64,000 bases of DNA from an uncultured Prevotella sp. (GCA_900316565.1 ONDK01000010.1:15129-79128), one strand, 5' to 3'; positions 9,624-20,021 are shown, numbered from the stretch's first letter. Program-made: numbers and translations. Notes: generated by a model from the letters alone, not told the origin.

Positions 9624-10645
9624 AGCTTACGTGAAAATAGTTTGTTACGTTTCGGGTGCCCGACCTTAGTCTCATAGATGAGGACGTCAAGCACCAGAAG
9701 GATTATGACTATGATGCCGACAGCCTGGAACTGCTCATCGTAGTCGCTGTAGACCACATTATTTATATCACCTTTCTGAAGTTTCTCCAGTTCATGGTCG
9801 AGTTGTTCCTCCGCGAGGCTGCTGTTATCCACATGGATGTAGACGCCCTTTCCTGCAGCAGCCACCTTCTTACACATATCCTCGTTGAGTGCCGTCATCA
9901 CAGTGTTGCCACTGCGGTCCTTGAGATACTCGCCGTTTCCCACTGGGATTGGAGCTCCCTTTGGGTTTCCTATTCCGAGGATATAGACATTCATTCCAGC
10001 TTCATGGGCTTTCTCTGCCATCTCTTCAGCCCCACCCTCGTGGTCCTCGCCATCGGTGATTACGACTATGGCTTTTCCTGTTTTGGCATCCTGCGTGAAA
10101 CTGTGCATAGCCAAGTTTATGGCCTGGCCGATGTCGGTGCCCTGAGTATGAATCAGCGATGGGTCTATATTCTGCAGGAACATCTTCGCAGAGACAAAGT
10201 CGCTGGTGATAGGCAACTGCACGAAGGCATCGCCCGCAAAGACGATAAGGCCAATCTTGTCATTGTTGAAGTGGTCGACAAGGTTCTCGACCATCATCTT
10301 ACTTTTATCCAGACGCGATGGTGTCACATCCTGTGCGAGCATCGAGTTGCTGATGTCAAGAGCTATTATTGTCTCTATGCCCTCACGCTTGTCGTTGCTT
10401 ATCTTGCGACCCATCTGAGGACGTGCCATCATAAAGACGATAAGGGCCAGAGCAGCCTCGAGAATCCAGAACTTCACCTCAGGGCGCGCCTTTGAGAGCC
10501 CAGGAGTAAGCTCCCGGAGCAGCTCGGGGTCGCCGAACTTTCTCAGCCTCTTCCGTTTAATGTGAAGGGATATAAGGCGAATGATTGCCAATAATGGTAT
10601 CAGCAACAGCAGCCAAAGATATATAGGGTCTTGAAATCTGAACAT
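9620..10645 (-). CDS. batB: BatB vWA domain membrane protein
   Basis: MIDAS motif DISNSM, VITDGEDHEG; start moved to MFRFQDP (ATG at 10645). Confidence 0.9.
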   Translation of the reverse strand: MFRFQDPIYLWLLLLIPLLAIIRLISLHIKRKRLRKFGDPELLRELTPGLSKARPEVKFWILEAALALIVFMMARPQMGRKISNDKREGIETIIALDISNSMLAQDVTPSRLDKSKMMVENLVDHFNNDKIGLIVFAGDAFVQLPITSDFVSAKMFLQNIDPSLIHTQGTDIGQAINLAMHSFTQDAKTGKAIVVITDGEDHEGGAEEMAEKAHEAGMNVYILGIGNPKGAPIPVGNGEYLKDRSGNTVMTALNEDMCKKVAAAGKGVYIHVDNSSLAEEQLDHELEKLQKGDINNVVYSDYDEQFQAVGIIVIILLVLDVLIYETKVGHPKRNKLFSRKL

Positions 10646-10817
10646 AATATATATTACCCGCGCCCTGCGCCCCACCCTATTGTAATGGGAACCGTCATAA
10701 TGACATGCATCGACTTCAAAGGGTTATCCGGGATTCATTTCGTTTTATTTAATAATAATGTATATCACTTCATGTTTCTTCTGCCTCCGCTACGGCCTCC
10801 GGCACTGCGAAAGCTCT

Positions 10818-11816
10818 CTACGGAATCTTTCTGAAGACCGTCAGCCTCAGCATGAGCTCCAGCAGCAGACTGATGAGAGCCGCAAAGGCAAATGGCTGGA
10901 AGACATCATACAACTTGGCATACGACGATTTAGTCAGTTTACTCTTCTCCAGTTTGTCGATATCCTGATAGATTTGCGACAGCTCAGACCGGCTCTCAGC
11001 CCTATAGAAATGGCCATTGGTAGTCTGTGCTATATTCTGAAGAGTCTTGTAGTCGATGGTACCCTGCTGCTGGTCGTACTGCACCTGGCCATTGACGAGT
11101 ACCGGTATACGCGCCATCTGGTTTGTTCCAAAGCCGATGGTATAGATTCTTATGCCGAAGGTCTTGGCCATCTGGGCTGCCGTCATCGGTGATATGTCGC
11201 CGACGTTGTTGCTTCCGTCGGTAAGCAGTATTATCACCTTGCTCTTCGTCTTAGAGTCCTTGAGTCGGCTTATGGAATTCGACAGTCCCATGCCGATGGC
11301 GGTACCATCCTGGATAAGTCCACTCATGACGAGGTTGGAATTGACATTGCGCATGAGGTTGAGGAGAGACGAATGGTCGGTGGTCATAGGACACTGTGTG
11401 AAAGCCTCTCCCGCAAATATCGTCAGTCCTATGTTGTCATTGGGTCTGTCGCTGACAAACTCTGCGGCAACATCCTTCGCCACATCGAGACGATTGGGCT
11501 GCACATCCTCTGAGAGCATACTATAGGAAATATCCATACAGAGCATAATGTCTATGCCCTCCGTCTCAGTCTTGTTCCATGCGTTATAGCTCTGCGGTCT
11601 TGCCAGGCAGAGGACTATAAGGGTATAGGTGAGACAACGGAGCAGCATGGGCAAATGAACAAGGCGCACGCGAAGGCTCTTCGGTGCGAACTCGTAAGCG
11701 TGTGTGTCGCTCATGCGCATCGTCGGCTCTCCTTTCTTCCTATAGAGGAAATACCACAGGAAGTATGGTATCAGCAGGAAAAGCAGAAGAAGATATCCTT
11801 TATTTGCAAATTCCAT
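10818..11816 (-). CDS. batA: BatA vWA domain membrane protein
   Basis: MEFANK start, LARPQ, DISYSM MIDAS, DGTAIGMGL, ILLTDGSNN. Confidence 0.92.
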   Translation of the reverse strand: MEFANKGYLLLLFLLIPYFLWYFLYRKKGEPTMRMSDTHAYEFAPKSLRVRLVHLPMLLRCLTYTLIVLCLARPQSYNAWNKTETEGIDIMLCMDISYSMLSEDVQPNRLDVAKDVAAEFVSDRPNDNIGLTIFAGEAFTQCPMTTDHSSLLNLMRNVNSNLVMSGLIQDGTAIGMGLSNSISRLKDSKTKSKVIILLTDGSNNVGDISPMTAAQMAKTFGIRIYTIGFGTNQMARIPVLVNGQVQYDQQQGTIDYKTLQNIAQTTNGHFYRAESRSELSQIYQDIDKLEKSKLTKSSYAKLYDVFQPFAFAALISLLLELMLRLTVFRKIP

Positions 11817-11931
11817 TATCAGCTATTGAATATGAACCGGGCAAAGCTATTGTAGCAGCACGGTCCTGTTATTCCAATTGTTTGTTATATTTATTATAGT
11901 GTGAAGATATCGCCTTGAAGCAGGGTGTTTA

Positions 11932-12996
11932 CTAACCCAACAGCTCGACGACTCTCCAAATGACGTATGCCATTATTGCGGCCACGGCGATGACGAGGAC
12001 GGCGATAGTAGCGCGCACACCCTTTCTACGCCGCATTTTGTTCTTATCTTTCTCCGACAGCTTCGAACCGACTTTCTCCACCGTAGGGGCGTTCTCTTCC
12101 TTGGTGGCGTCGATGAATTGAACCACACTGGCCAGATAAGCGTCGTTGACATTGTCCTGCACAGAGTACTTGGCAAACTTCACCAAATCTGCAGTGTGGA
12201 AAACCTCACGGAGCTCATCGACCATTGAGCCGTCCTCCTTCTTTTCCTTCTCCAAACGGTAGACAATCTCCGAACTCGTCATCTCCTTGGCCTTGATATC
12301 GAAGCGATCCTCAAGATACTGGCGGAGAGCGTCGGTGAGTTCAGTGTAGTACTTCTTCTGGTCGGTACTCTCCGAGAGATACTCAGCCTTTATCTTCTCT
12401 ATCTTCTGCAGGGCTTTCTCATGAGGGAGCAGTCTACGGATGAACTTTATCCGCGAGATAATCGGCTTCCCAGCGCGAAGACGCGAATAGAGATAGTAGA
12501 TGACCACCAAGAGCACCAGCACCAGGACACTCAGCCAGAACAGAGGACTCCATTCTCCCCAGTCGTAAGGCTGTCCTGCGATGTCATGCATAGGACGGAT
12601 GCTGTCGGTATGGGCCGTGTCGATATTTATGGTGTTGACAGTAAGCGGGATGCTGTTTGTTGAGAACTTTCTGCCGTCGACCTGCACATCCAGAGCCGGA
12701 ACATTATATTTGCCCTCGTCCCACGCCGTGAGAATATATGTTCTACGGGAACATCCGTCGACAGTGTCGTTGACCGTGCGCACAACTTCTACTCCCGGTG
12801 TCATCTCCTGCTCGTCCTTGAATGACGGAAAGACGATGTTGGAGCCTTCACGGGCTCCTTTGACGGTAACGGTCAGATTAGTCTGACTTCCGACGAAAAT
12901 GCTCACGGAGTCGAGATGCGCCTGAACAGAGACTTGTGCTATAGCCGCTGCACTGACGAAGACAATACTTATTATAGTTAAGATAAATCTTTTCAC
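11932..12996 (-). CDS. Conserved bat-cluster membrane protein (BatD-like N-terminus, two TM segments)
   Basis: Signal peptide, Y..LTD.LR.Y, ADLVKFAK motif; lies between DUF58 and batA. Confidence 0.8.
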   Translation of the reverse strand: MKRFILTIISIVFVSAAAIAQVSVQAHLDSVSIFVGSQTNLTVTVKGAREGSNIVFPSFKDEQEMTPGVEVVRTVNDTVDGCSRRTYILTAWDEGKYNVPALDVQVDGRKFSTNSIPLTVNTINIDTAHTDSIRPMHDIAGQPYDWGEWSPLFWLSVLVLVLLVVIYYLYSRLRAGKPIISRIKFIRRLLPHEKALQKIEKIKAEYLSESTDQKKYYTELTDALRQYLEDRFDIKAKEMTSSEIVYRLEKEKKEDGSMVDELREVFHTADLVKFAKYSVQDNVNDAYLASVVQFIDATKEENAPTVEKVGSKLSEKDKNKMRRRKGVRATIAVLVIAVAAIMAYVIWRVVELLG

Positions 12997-13868
12997 TGTT
13001 TGTTTCGTTTATCGAAGAATATCATCAACTTCCTGACGAAATCCTCATTGGTGGCTATCGAGACGTAATCGACACTGCTCTTGGCGAAAATCCTGCGAAG
13101 AATATCTTGACGGCGCAGCCAATAAGCGGTATGGGCATAACGGAGGCGCTTGTCGGAGGTGTCGATAAACATCTCATGTCCCGACTCTGCGTCCATGACA
13201 CGCATCAGTCCTATATTGGGAAGTTCCTTGGCGCACCGGTCATAGACTTGTATTGCCCCTACGTCATGCTTATGATTGCAGATGGTAAGAGCATTCTCAA
13301 AGTCGGGTTTGTCGTAGAAGTCGCTGAGGATGAAAGCAGTACAACGGCGTCGCATCACCTTGGTAAGGAACTCTATCGGCACACGGAGGTCGGTCTTAAG
13401 GCTCTGCGGCTTGAAGTCGAGCATCTCACGGATGATGAAAAGGATATGCTTGCGGCCTTTCTTCGGAGGGATGTACTTCTCAATACGGTCAGAGAAGAAT
13501 ATAACCCCTATTTTGTCGTTGTTCTGAATGGCTGAGAACGCCAGTGTAGCGGCAATCTCCGTCACCATGTCTTTCTTCAGCTGACGCGATGTTCCGAAGT
13601 CCAAGGACCCAGACACATCAATAAGAAGCATCACGGTGAGTTCCCGTTCCTCTTCAAAGACCTTCACATAAGGACGGTGGAAACGTGCCGTAACATTCCA
13701 GTCAATGTCGCGGATATTGTCACCATACTGATACTCGCGAACCTCCGAGAAGGCCATACCGCGTCCTTTGAAGGCAGAGTGATACTGGCCCGCGAAAATG
13801 TTCTGGCTCAATCCACGGCTCTTTATCTCTATCTTCCGGACCTTCTTCAGTATATCGGTGGTTTCCAT
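12993..13868 (-). CDS. DUF58 family protein (MoxR partner)
   Basis: GMAFSEVREYQYGDNIRDIDWNVTAR, EEERE, DVSGS. Confidence 0.92.
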   Translation of the reverse strand: METTDILKKVRKIEIKSRGLSQNIFAGQYHSAFKGRGMAFSEVREYQYGDNIRDIDWNVTARFHRPYVKVFEEERELTVMLLIDVSGSLDFGTSRQLKKDMVTEIAATLAFSAIQNNDKIGVIFFSDRIEKYIPPKKGRKHILFIIREMLDFKPQSLKTDLRVPIEFLTKVMRRRCTAFILSDFYDKPDFENALTICNHKHDVGAIQVYDRCAKELPNIGLMRVMDAESGHEMFIDTSDKRLRYAHTAYWLRRQDILRRIFAKSSVDYVSIATNEDFVRKLMIFFDKRNKQ

Positions 13869-13912
13869 TTCTAATGCTAATTTTTTATCTTTATTCCTTA
13901 CTCCAGCAACCG

Positions 13913-14908
13913 TTATGGTACCTGAACCTTATTGATAATCTGACTGATGATATCCTCACTAGTAACGTTGCTGGCCTCAGCCTCATAGCTGAGTCCTATA
14001 CGATGGCGAAGGGCATCATGAGCCACGGCGCGCACATCCTCCGGTACCACATAGCCACGGCGTTTGATGAAAGCGTAAGCGCGTGCTGCCTTGGCAAGGT
14101 TGATGCTGGCACGAGGACTGCCTCCGAAGGTAATCATCTGCTTGAGCTCCGGCAACTGGTAACGGTCCGGATAACGTGTAGCGAAAACTATGTCAGCGAT
14201 ATACTGCTCTATCTTCTCGTCAAGATAGACACTGTTGACAACCTCACGGGCCTTAAGGATCTGCTCCACATTCGTCACGGGCTTCACCTCCGGCATCGAC
14301 GGAGCGAGGTTCTCGCGGATGATGGCCTTCTCCTCTTCCATCGTAGGATAGTCGAGGACGACCTTAAGCATAAAACGGTCCACCTGCGCCTCTGGGAGCT
14401 GGTAGGTGCCCTCCTGCTCTATAGGGTTCTGGGTAGCCATGACGAGGAATGGGTTCGGGAGCTTGAATGTAGTCTCTCCGATGGTCACCTCATGCTCCTG
14501 CATGGCCTCGAGGAGTGCGCTCTGCACCTTGGCCGGCGCACGGTTTATCTCATCAGCGAGGACGAAGTTGGCAAACACCGGGCCCTTCTTCACATTGAAA
14601 TCCTCATTCTTCTGCGAATAAATCATCGTTCCGATGACATCGGCTGGTAGGAGGTCCGGAGTGAACTGTATGCGGCTGAACTTTGAGTCAATAAGCTCCG
14701 ACAATGTCTTTATCGCCAATGTCTTGGCAAGTCCAGGCACACCCTCGAGGAGGACATGACCATCACTTAACAGTCCGATAAGCAGTGCCTCTACAAGGTG
14801 TTTCTGTCCGACGATGACTTGGTTCATTCCTCTCGTCAGGTCGTCAACGAATGCGCTCTGCTGTTCTATAAGAGCATTGAGCTCCCGGATATCTAATGTT
14901 TCTGCCAT
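13913..14908 (-). CDS. moxR: MoxR-family AAA+ ATPase
   Basis: GVPGLAKT Walker A, RIQFTPDLLPAD, LADEINRAPAKVQSALLEAM, ATQNPIEQEGTY. Confidence 0.94.
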   Translation of the reverse strand: MAETLDIRELNALIEQQSAFVDDLTRGMNQVIVGQKHLVEALLIGLLSDGHVLLEGVPGLAKTLAIKTLSELIDSKFSRIQFTPDLLPADVIGTMIYSQKNEDFNVKKGPVFANFVLADEINRAPAKVQSALLEAMQEHEVTIGETTFKLPNPFLVMATQNPIEQEGTYQLPEAQVDRFMLKVVLDYPTMEEEKAIIRENLAPSMPEVKPVTNVEQILKAREVVNSVYLDEKIEQYIADIVFATRYPDRYQLPELKQMITFGGSPRASINLAKAARAYAFIKRRGYVVPEDVRAVAHDALRHRIGLSYEAEASNVTSEDIISQIINKVQVP

Positions 14909-14952
14909 AATGCTTTTTATAGATTAAATCAATCGTTTTTCCAAATTTTTCG

Positions 14953-14960
14953 CAAAAGTA
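14953..14960 (-). promoter_or_regulatory. Bacteroidetes sigmaA -7 element (TACTTTTG) for the moxR-bat operon
   Basis: Matches TAnnTTTG about 45 bp upstream of the moxR ATG. Confidence 0.6.
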
Positions 14961-15180
14961 CAATTTTAAAAGCATTATAGGCCATCTACCCTACATAAAT
15001 AATATTAAAAAAGTTTGTAAGTATATAAGATTTTAAGTTTTTAACCAACGACAATGGAGGAATGAGCAATTACCAATGAACAATGAGTCGATGAAGTTTG
15101 TGACATAGCAACACCAGTACCTCGGAGAGATTACACCTCCAAGGCACTGGGTAGTTACTTGTTTACTAATGCTCCACTGA

Positions 15181-16593
15181 TCATCGTTTCCTGAACTGCT
15201 TCTTGAGCCTTATCTTCGGGACTTTCATTTTTTCGCCCGGCTTTAGGTCGTCAACACCGTTGAGCACCTGGAAATAGACAACCATGTCCTTACCCAACGT
15301 CTTGTTGGAGAACGACTGCATAGTCTGGCCCTTCTTTAGAGTTACCACCCTGTCGACACCGACAATCTCATAAGCTCCGATACGCAGACGACGGTCAGCA
15401 TTGAGCTTAGCCATGTCCTTCGGCAAATCATCTTCAGAGGACTTTTCGTCTCCATTCTCATTCTTTTCTTTCTTCGCTTCCTTCTCAACCTTCTGTTCTT
15501 CCTCCATAGAAGCCACCATGGCGGTATCCTGCTTAGGAAGAGAATCTTTTACAGTATCCTGCTGGACTGGAGCCGGAGCTATGGGCTCAGTCTTCTTTAC
15601 AGGTACAGTCTTTGCTATCGGTCTGTCAATATTTATCGCAGGCATAGCATAGTGTCCAACAAGGAAACCGACTGCCAATCCTACGACCAGCAAGACAATA
15701 CTTAAAATAAGATTTCTATTGCAGCGGTGACGGCAAGCGCTCATTTGCTCATCGAAATACTCCCGTGAGACATTTTCGTTATCATTTGCCGAGGTATCTT
15801 CAGGTTCCTTCACTGCGGTCTCATGTATTGTTGCATTACTTGAAGCAGCCAACGCAGGCGACATTGTATCAGCACTTTCCTTAATTGCTGAAGTTTCACT
15901 TGAAAGGTCTGACTGCTGACTGATTACAGTACTCTTTACGACCTCCTCATGGTCCTGCTCTACATCATCAGCTTCCGTGATGGCATTATCCGATACATCA
16001 TCCTCCGGCTCATCTTCAACATCATCCGATGAAGAGACCCCCTGCGGCTGGTCTACACGAAAAGAAGATGCCTCCGACTGGTCTACATATGAAGGATGCT
16101 CCTGCGGCTGTTCTTCACACGAAGAAGGCTCATGCTCTTCAGATGAAGAAGCTTCTTCCTCTTCGGTCTCCGGAACTTCTTCCTCCTCCTCATTGTTAGA
16201 TAGAATGTCGTCAGCGGTGCCGAGCTTTCTCTCCTCAGCATCGGACGCCGCATCAATACTCTCAAAACTCACACCCTCATTGACGGGAACAGTAGTGAAC
16301 TGTGCGAACGGTTTATTGACAAAATCTTTCATAACGGTATCCGGAACAAAAGATATCTTGTCATGACCTTCTATGACCACGCGCTCACCCGTATTTATGT
16401 TTACGCTTTCACGTGGTTTCACTGCCGTAACCTTAAACGTACCAAGACCGCGCACCTTCACCAGCCGGTCCTCATGAAGTCCCTCGGAGATGATGCGGAA
16501 AAAGGTAGTAACGATTTCAGCAGCCTCCTTCTTTCCCACTTTCTGCTTGCGTGCAACGAGAGCGGCGATGTCAGCAATAGAATTCCTGGCCAT
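15181..16593 (-). CDS. HU/IHF-domain protein with acidic linker, TM helix and C-terminal LysM-like domain
   Basis: N-terminal HU fold (VKVRGLGTFKV..VKPRESVNINTGE), E/D/S-rich linker, TM LILSIVLLVVGLAVGFLVG, C-terminal VTLKKGQTM...LNGVDDLKPGEKMKVP. Confidence 0.82.
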   Translation of the reverse strand: MARNSIADIAALVARKQKVGKKEAAEIVTTFFRIISEGLHEDRLVKVRGLGTFKVTAVKPRESVNINTGERVVIEGHDKISFVPDTVMKDFVNKPFAQFTTVPVNEGVSFESIDAASDAEERKLGTADDILSNNEEEEEVPETEEEEASSSEEHEPSSCEEQPQEHPSYVDQSEASSFRVDQPQGVSSSDDVEDEPEDDVSDNAITEADDVEQDHEEVVKSTVISQQSDLSSETSAIKESADTMSPALAASSNATIHETAVKEPEDTSANDNENVSREYFDEQMSACRHRCNRNLILSIVLLVVGLAVGFLVGHYAMPAINIDRPIAKTVPVKKTEPIAPAPVQQDTVKDSLPKQDTAMVASMEEEQKVEKEAKKEKNENGDEKSSEDDLPKDMAKLNADRRLRIGAYEIVGVDRVVTLKKGQTMQSFSNKTLGKDMVVYFQVLNGVDDLKPGEKMKVPKIRLKKQFRKR

Positions 16594-16880
16594 TACTCCT
16601 CACCTCCCTTCCTCAGCTTTCCGCGCACTGCAGATGCCGGTTTGAATCCAAGCACGAGTTTTGGCGGGACAAGCATCCGCTGTCCTGTGGTCGGGTTGAC
16701 CATGATACGCTCCTTATGCTTCTTCACCTCAAAGGAGCCGAAGGACGGTATCTGAACGACATCGCCATTCTCAAACTGGCGCTGCATGGCATTTATGATA
16801 GTATCGACGACTTGTTGCGCCTCCGACGCTGAGAGGTCGGTGGCGTCAGCTATTCTTGCGATAAGGTCTTTGTTGTTCAT
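16593..16880 (-). CDS. HU-family DNA-binding protein
   Basis: MNNKDLI..IA, FGSFEVKK, NPTTG, FKP motifs. Confidence 0.9.
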   Translation of the reverse strand: MNNKDLIARIADATDLSASEAQQVVDTIINAMQRQFENGDVVQIPSFGSFEVKKHKERIMVNPTTGQRMLVPPKLVLGFKPASAVRGKLRKGGEE

Positions 16881-16891
16881 CTCAGATTCTT

Positions 16892-18217
16892 TTATTTGTT
16901 CACCGTTCCAAAGAGGTCATAGTCGTCGCTGTCGGTAATCTTCACATCGTAGAAACTACCAATGCGCAGACGTTTCCCGGCAGCAGGTATCAGCACTTCC
17001 GGGTCCACTTCCGGTGAGCAATACTCCGTACGGCCCACATAGTACTCACCCTCCTTTCTGTCAATGATAACCTTCATAACCGTTCCCACCTTCTCGGCCT
17101 CAATGTCGGCGCTAATCTCCTCCTGAAGGGCCATGAGGCGATCGAGGCGGTCCTGCTTGACCTCTGCTGGGACGTCATCGTCATAGTTGAGAGCGCTGTA
17201 GGTACCCTCCTCCTCCGAATAGGCGAAAGCCCCCATCCTCTCAAACCTCTGCTCTCTCACGAAGTTCATGAGTTCATCGAAGTCCTCATCAGTCTCACCG
17301 GGAAATCCCACCATGAGAGTAGTTCTGATAGTGATGCCGGGGACACGCTCGCGGATGGTCCTCAGCAGTTCCAGGGTATCCTCTTTCGTCACATGACGGT
17401 GCATCCGTTTGAGCATGTTGTTGCTGATGTGCTGCAGGGCTATATCGAGATATTTGCAGACATTGGGTTTCTCCCTTATGACATCGAGGAGCTCCAGCGG
17501 GAACTGGTTAGGGTAAGCATAGTGAAGACGAATCCACTCCACGCCGGGAATGTCGGCCATGCGTTCTATGAGCTCTGCAATACGCGTCTTTCCATAGATG
17601 TCGACACCGTAGTAAGTAAGCTCCTGCTCTATGACTTGAAACTCTTTCACACCCTCACTGACAAGTTCCCGCACCTCGTCTAGTATATCCTCCATCTTAC
17701 GGCTTTTGTGTGGTCCCGTGATGAGCGGAATGGCACAATAGGCACAGTGGCGGTCGCAGCCCTCCGCAATCTTTATGTATGCATAGTGATGCGGCGTTGT
17801 CAGCACACGGGAGGACCTCTGCTCGGCGATGGAGCTGCTCAGTGGCAGCGGATTGTCAGCAGGACCGAGGTCGTCGAGGAGCTTGTTGTAGTCGAACTTC
17901 CCGTAATACTTGTCGACCTCGGGGATCTCCTTTCTCAGTTCATCGCGATAGCGCTGCGACAGACAGCCCATGACATAGAGGTGGCGTAGTCTGCCTTTGC
18001 GTTTCCGCTCGACGAACTCCAGGATGGTGTTGATGCTCTCCTCCTTGGCGCTCTCAATGAAACCGCAGGTGTTGATGACGGCGATGTCGCCTTGTGGACG
18101 CTTGGCATCATGCTCACAATGATAGCCGGCATCGGCGAACTTACGGATAAGTTTCTCTGTGTCGACGAGATTCTTAGAGCATCCCATCGTCACGAAATCA
18201 ATAACATTCTTCTTCAT
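16892..18217 (-). CDS. rimO: Ribosomal protein S12 methylthiotransferase
   Basis: GCSKNLVD, NTCGFI, radical SAM CxxxCxxC (EGCDRHCAYCAIP), TRAM end SPEVD. Confidence 0.95.
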   Translation of the reverse strand: MKKNVIDFVTMGCSKNLVDTEKLIRKFADAGYHCEHDAKRPQGDIAVINTCGFIESAKEESINTILEFVERKRKGRLRHLYVMGCLSQRYRDELRKEIPEVDKYYGKFDYNKLLDDLGPADNPLPLSSSIAEQRSSRVLTTPHHYAYIKIAEGCDRHCAYCAIPLITGPHKSRKMEDILDEVRELVSEGVKEFQVIEQELTYYGVDIYGKTRIAELIERMADIPGVEWIRLHYAYPNQFPLELLDVIREKPNVCKYLDIALQHISNNMLKRMHRHVTKEDTLELLRTIRERVPGITIRTTLMVGFPGETDEDFDELMNFVREQRFERMGAFAYSEEEGTYSALNYDDDVPAEVKQDRLDRLMALQEEISADIEAEKVGTVMKVIIDRKEGEYYVGRTEYCSPEVDPEVLIPAAGKRLRIGSFYDVKITDSDDYDLFGTVNK

Positions 18218-19170
18218 TCTCCCTTGAACAGCGAATCCACAAATTCCGTTTTGTTAAACAACTGCAAGTCTTCCATGCCCTCACCGAGTCCGATATATTT
18301 CACCGGCACCTTCAGCTGGTCGCTGATGCCGATGACAACACCACCCTTTGCCGTACCGTCGAGTTTGGTGATGGCAAGTGATGTAATCTGCGTAACGGCC
18401 GCAAACTGCTTGGCCTGTTCAAAGGCATTCTGTCCGGTACTGCCGTCGAGGACGAGCAGCACCTCGTCTGGAGCTGACGGCACCACCTTCTTCATGACAT
18501 CCTTAATCTTCTTCAGCTCATTCATCAGACCGACCTTGTTGTGCAGACGGCCGGCGGTATCTATGAGCACTACGTCAGCATCGTTGGCCTTGGCACTCTG
18601 AAGCGTATCGAAGGCCACGCTGGCCGGGTCGGAGCCCATCTGCTGCTTCACCACAGGCACGCCGACACGGTCGCCCCATATCTGTATCTGCTCCACGGCA
18701 GCGGCACGAAACGTGTCGGCAGCACCGAGATAGACTTTCTTTCCGGCTTTCTTGAACTGATAAGCCAGTTTGCCAATAGTTGTTGTCTTACCGACACCAT
18801 TGACGCCTACAACAAGGATGACGTAGGGTTTATGGTCATCAGGGAGGTCCCAATTCTCATTGCTGCCCGTATTATTCTCTGTGAGCAATTGAGCGATGGT
18901 GGAACGCAGGATGCCGTTGAGCTCAGAGGTCGAGACGTACTTGTCGCGTGCCACACGCTCCTCTATGCGCTCTATAATCTTTATCGTCGTATCGACGCCG
19001 ACATCCGACGAGATGAGTATCTCCTCAAGGTTGTCGAGCACGTCATCGTCAACCTTCGACTTTCCGGCCACGGCACGTGCTATTTTTGAAAACACGCTCT
19101 GCTTAGTCTTCTCAAGTCCTTTGTCGAGCGTCTCCTTCTTTTTCTTATTGAACAGTCCAAATAATCCCAT
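18214..19170 (-). CDS. ftsY: SRP receptor FtsY
   Basis: GVNGVGKTTTIGKLA, DTFRAAA, DTAGR, TKLDGTAKGG. Confidence 0.97.
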   Translation of the reverse strand: MGLFGLFNKKKKETLDKGLEKTKQSVFSKIARAVAGKSKVDDDVLDNLEEILISSDVGVDTTIKIIERIEERVARDKYVSTSELNGILRSTIAQLLTENNTGSNENWDLPDDHKPYVILVVGVNGVGKTTTIGKLAYQFKKAGKKVYLGAADTFRAAAVEQIQIWGDRVGVPVVKQQMGSDPASVAFDTLQSAKANDADVVLIDTAGRLHNKVGLMNELKKIKDVMKKVVPSAPDEVLLVLDGSTGQNAFEQAKQFAAVTQITSLAITKLDGTAKGGVVIGISDQLKVPVKYIGLGEGMEDLQLFNKTEFVDSLFKGE

Positions 19171-19228
19171 AGTATACTATTTTGGCGCAAAGATACTAAA
19201 AATAACTGAGAAACAGCCATGAGGAACG

Positions 19229-19264
19229 AAAAAAGGTTGTAACCACAGATGGGTTACAACCTTT
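19229..19264 (-). terminator. Intrinsic terminator of rpmB-rpmG-DUF4295
   Basis: Stem AAGGTTGTAACC / GGTTACAACCTT followed by a T run on the minus strand. Confidence 0.8.
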
Positions 19265-19299
19265 ATATTTCATTACGTTGGGCCTAAAGCCCGGATATC

Positions 19300-19455
19300 C
19301 TATTTGAAGAAGTCCTTTACGGCCTCGTTCGGCACCATCTTCTCTTCGAAGATATAAGCACCGGTCTTAGGGCTCTTCACCATGCGTATAACCTTTGAAT
19401 AAGCGCGACCATCCGTAGAACCTTCATGGAGGGTAGCGACCGCTTTCTTTGCCAT
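19300..19455 (-). CDS. DUF4295 family small protein (Bacteroidetes ribosomal protein bL38-like), 51 aa
   Basis: Hand translation MAKKAVATLHEGSTDGRAYSKVIRMVKSPKTGAYIFEEKMVPNEAVKDFFK*; sits between rpmG and ftsY, the usual position in Bacteroidetes. Below the ORF track cutoff. Confidence 0.88.
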   Translation of the reverse strand: MAKKAVATLHEGSTDGRAYSKVIRMVKSPKTGAYIFEEKMVPNEAVKDFFK

Positions 19456-19563
19456 ATCTCTTTTAAGTTTAACAGAGTCTTGTCAGAGCGTCTGAGGTGA
19501 TGCAGCAGTGTTGCCACGACGACAGATCGCCGACCATAGACCTTTTTTATAAATATAAAGTTA

Positions 19564-19752
19564 TTACTTAATCTCCTTGTGAAGAGTCATCTTCTTCAGG
19601 ATAGGATTGTACTTCATGAGCTCAAGACGCTCAGGAGTATTCTTACGATTCTTAGTGGTCACGTAACGGCTTGTGCCAGGCAGACCACTGTTCTTCATCT
19701 CAGTGCATTCGAGAATGACCTGAACTCTGTTTCCCTTTGCTTTCTTTGCCAT
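19564..19752 (-). CDS. rpmG: 50S ribosomal protein L33
   Basis: [18 protein letters not shown]...[23 protein letters not shown]. Confidence 0.97.
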   Translation of the reverse strand: MAKKAKGNRVQVILECTEMKNSGLPGTSRYVTTKNRKNTPERLELMKYNPILKKMTLHKEIK

Positions 19753-19757
19753 GATAA

Positions 19758-20021
19758 TTAATCTCCTATAACTTTAATATCCTTCCAATCGACATAGCCT
19801 TTCTTTACGGCCTGCTTCAGTGCAGCGTCAAGTCCGACCTTATTGATAAGGCGAAGACCGGCAGCGCTAATCTTCAGGCTAATCCAGCAACCCTCTTCTA
19901 CATAGTAGAACTTCTTGCTGAAAAGGTTGACATCAAAGCTGCGCTTTGTGTGGTGCTTTGAGTGAGACACATTGCAACCTAACTGTGCCTTCTTTCCTGT
20001 GATTTGACAAATCTTAGACAT
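19758..20021 (-). CDS. rpmB: 50S ribosomal protein L28
   Basis: Start moved to [11 protein letters not shown] (ATG at 20021); NVSHS..TKR.F.VNL. Confidence 0.96.
   Translation of the reverse strand: MSKICQITGKKAQLGCNVSHSKHHTKRSFDVNLFSKKFYYVEEGCWISLKISAAGLRLINKVGLDAALKQAVKKGYVDWKDIKVIGD

Noticed and set aside
15051-15064. Exact 14-mer ACAATGGAGGAATG shared with 33180-33193
   Set aside because: The match does not extend, and isolated 14-bp matches are expected by chance in 64 kb.
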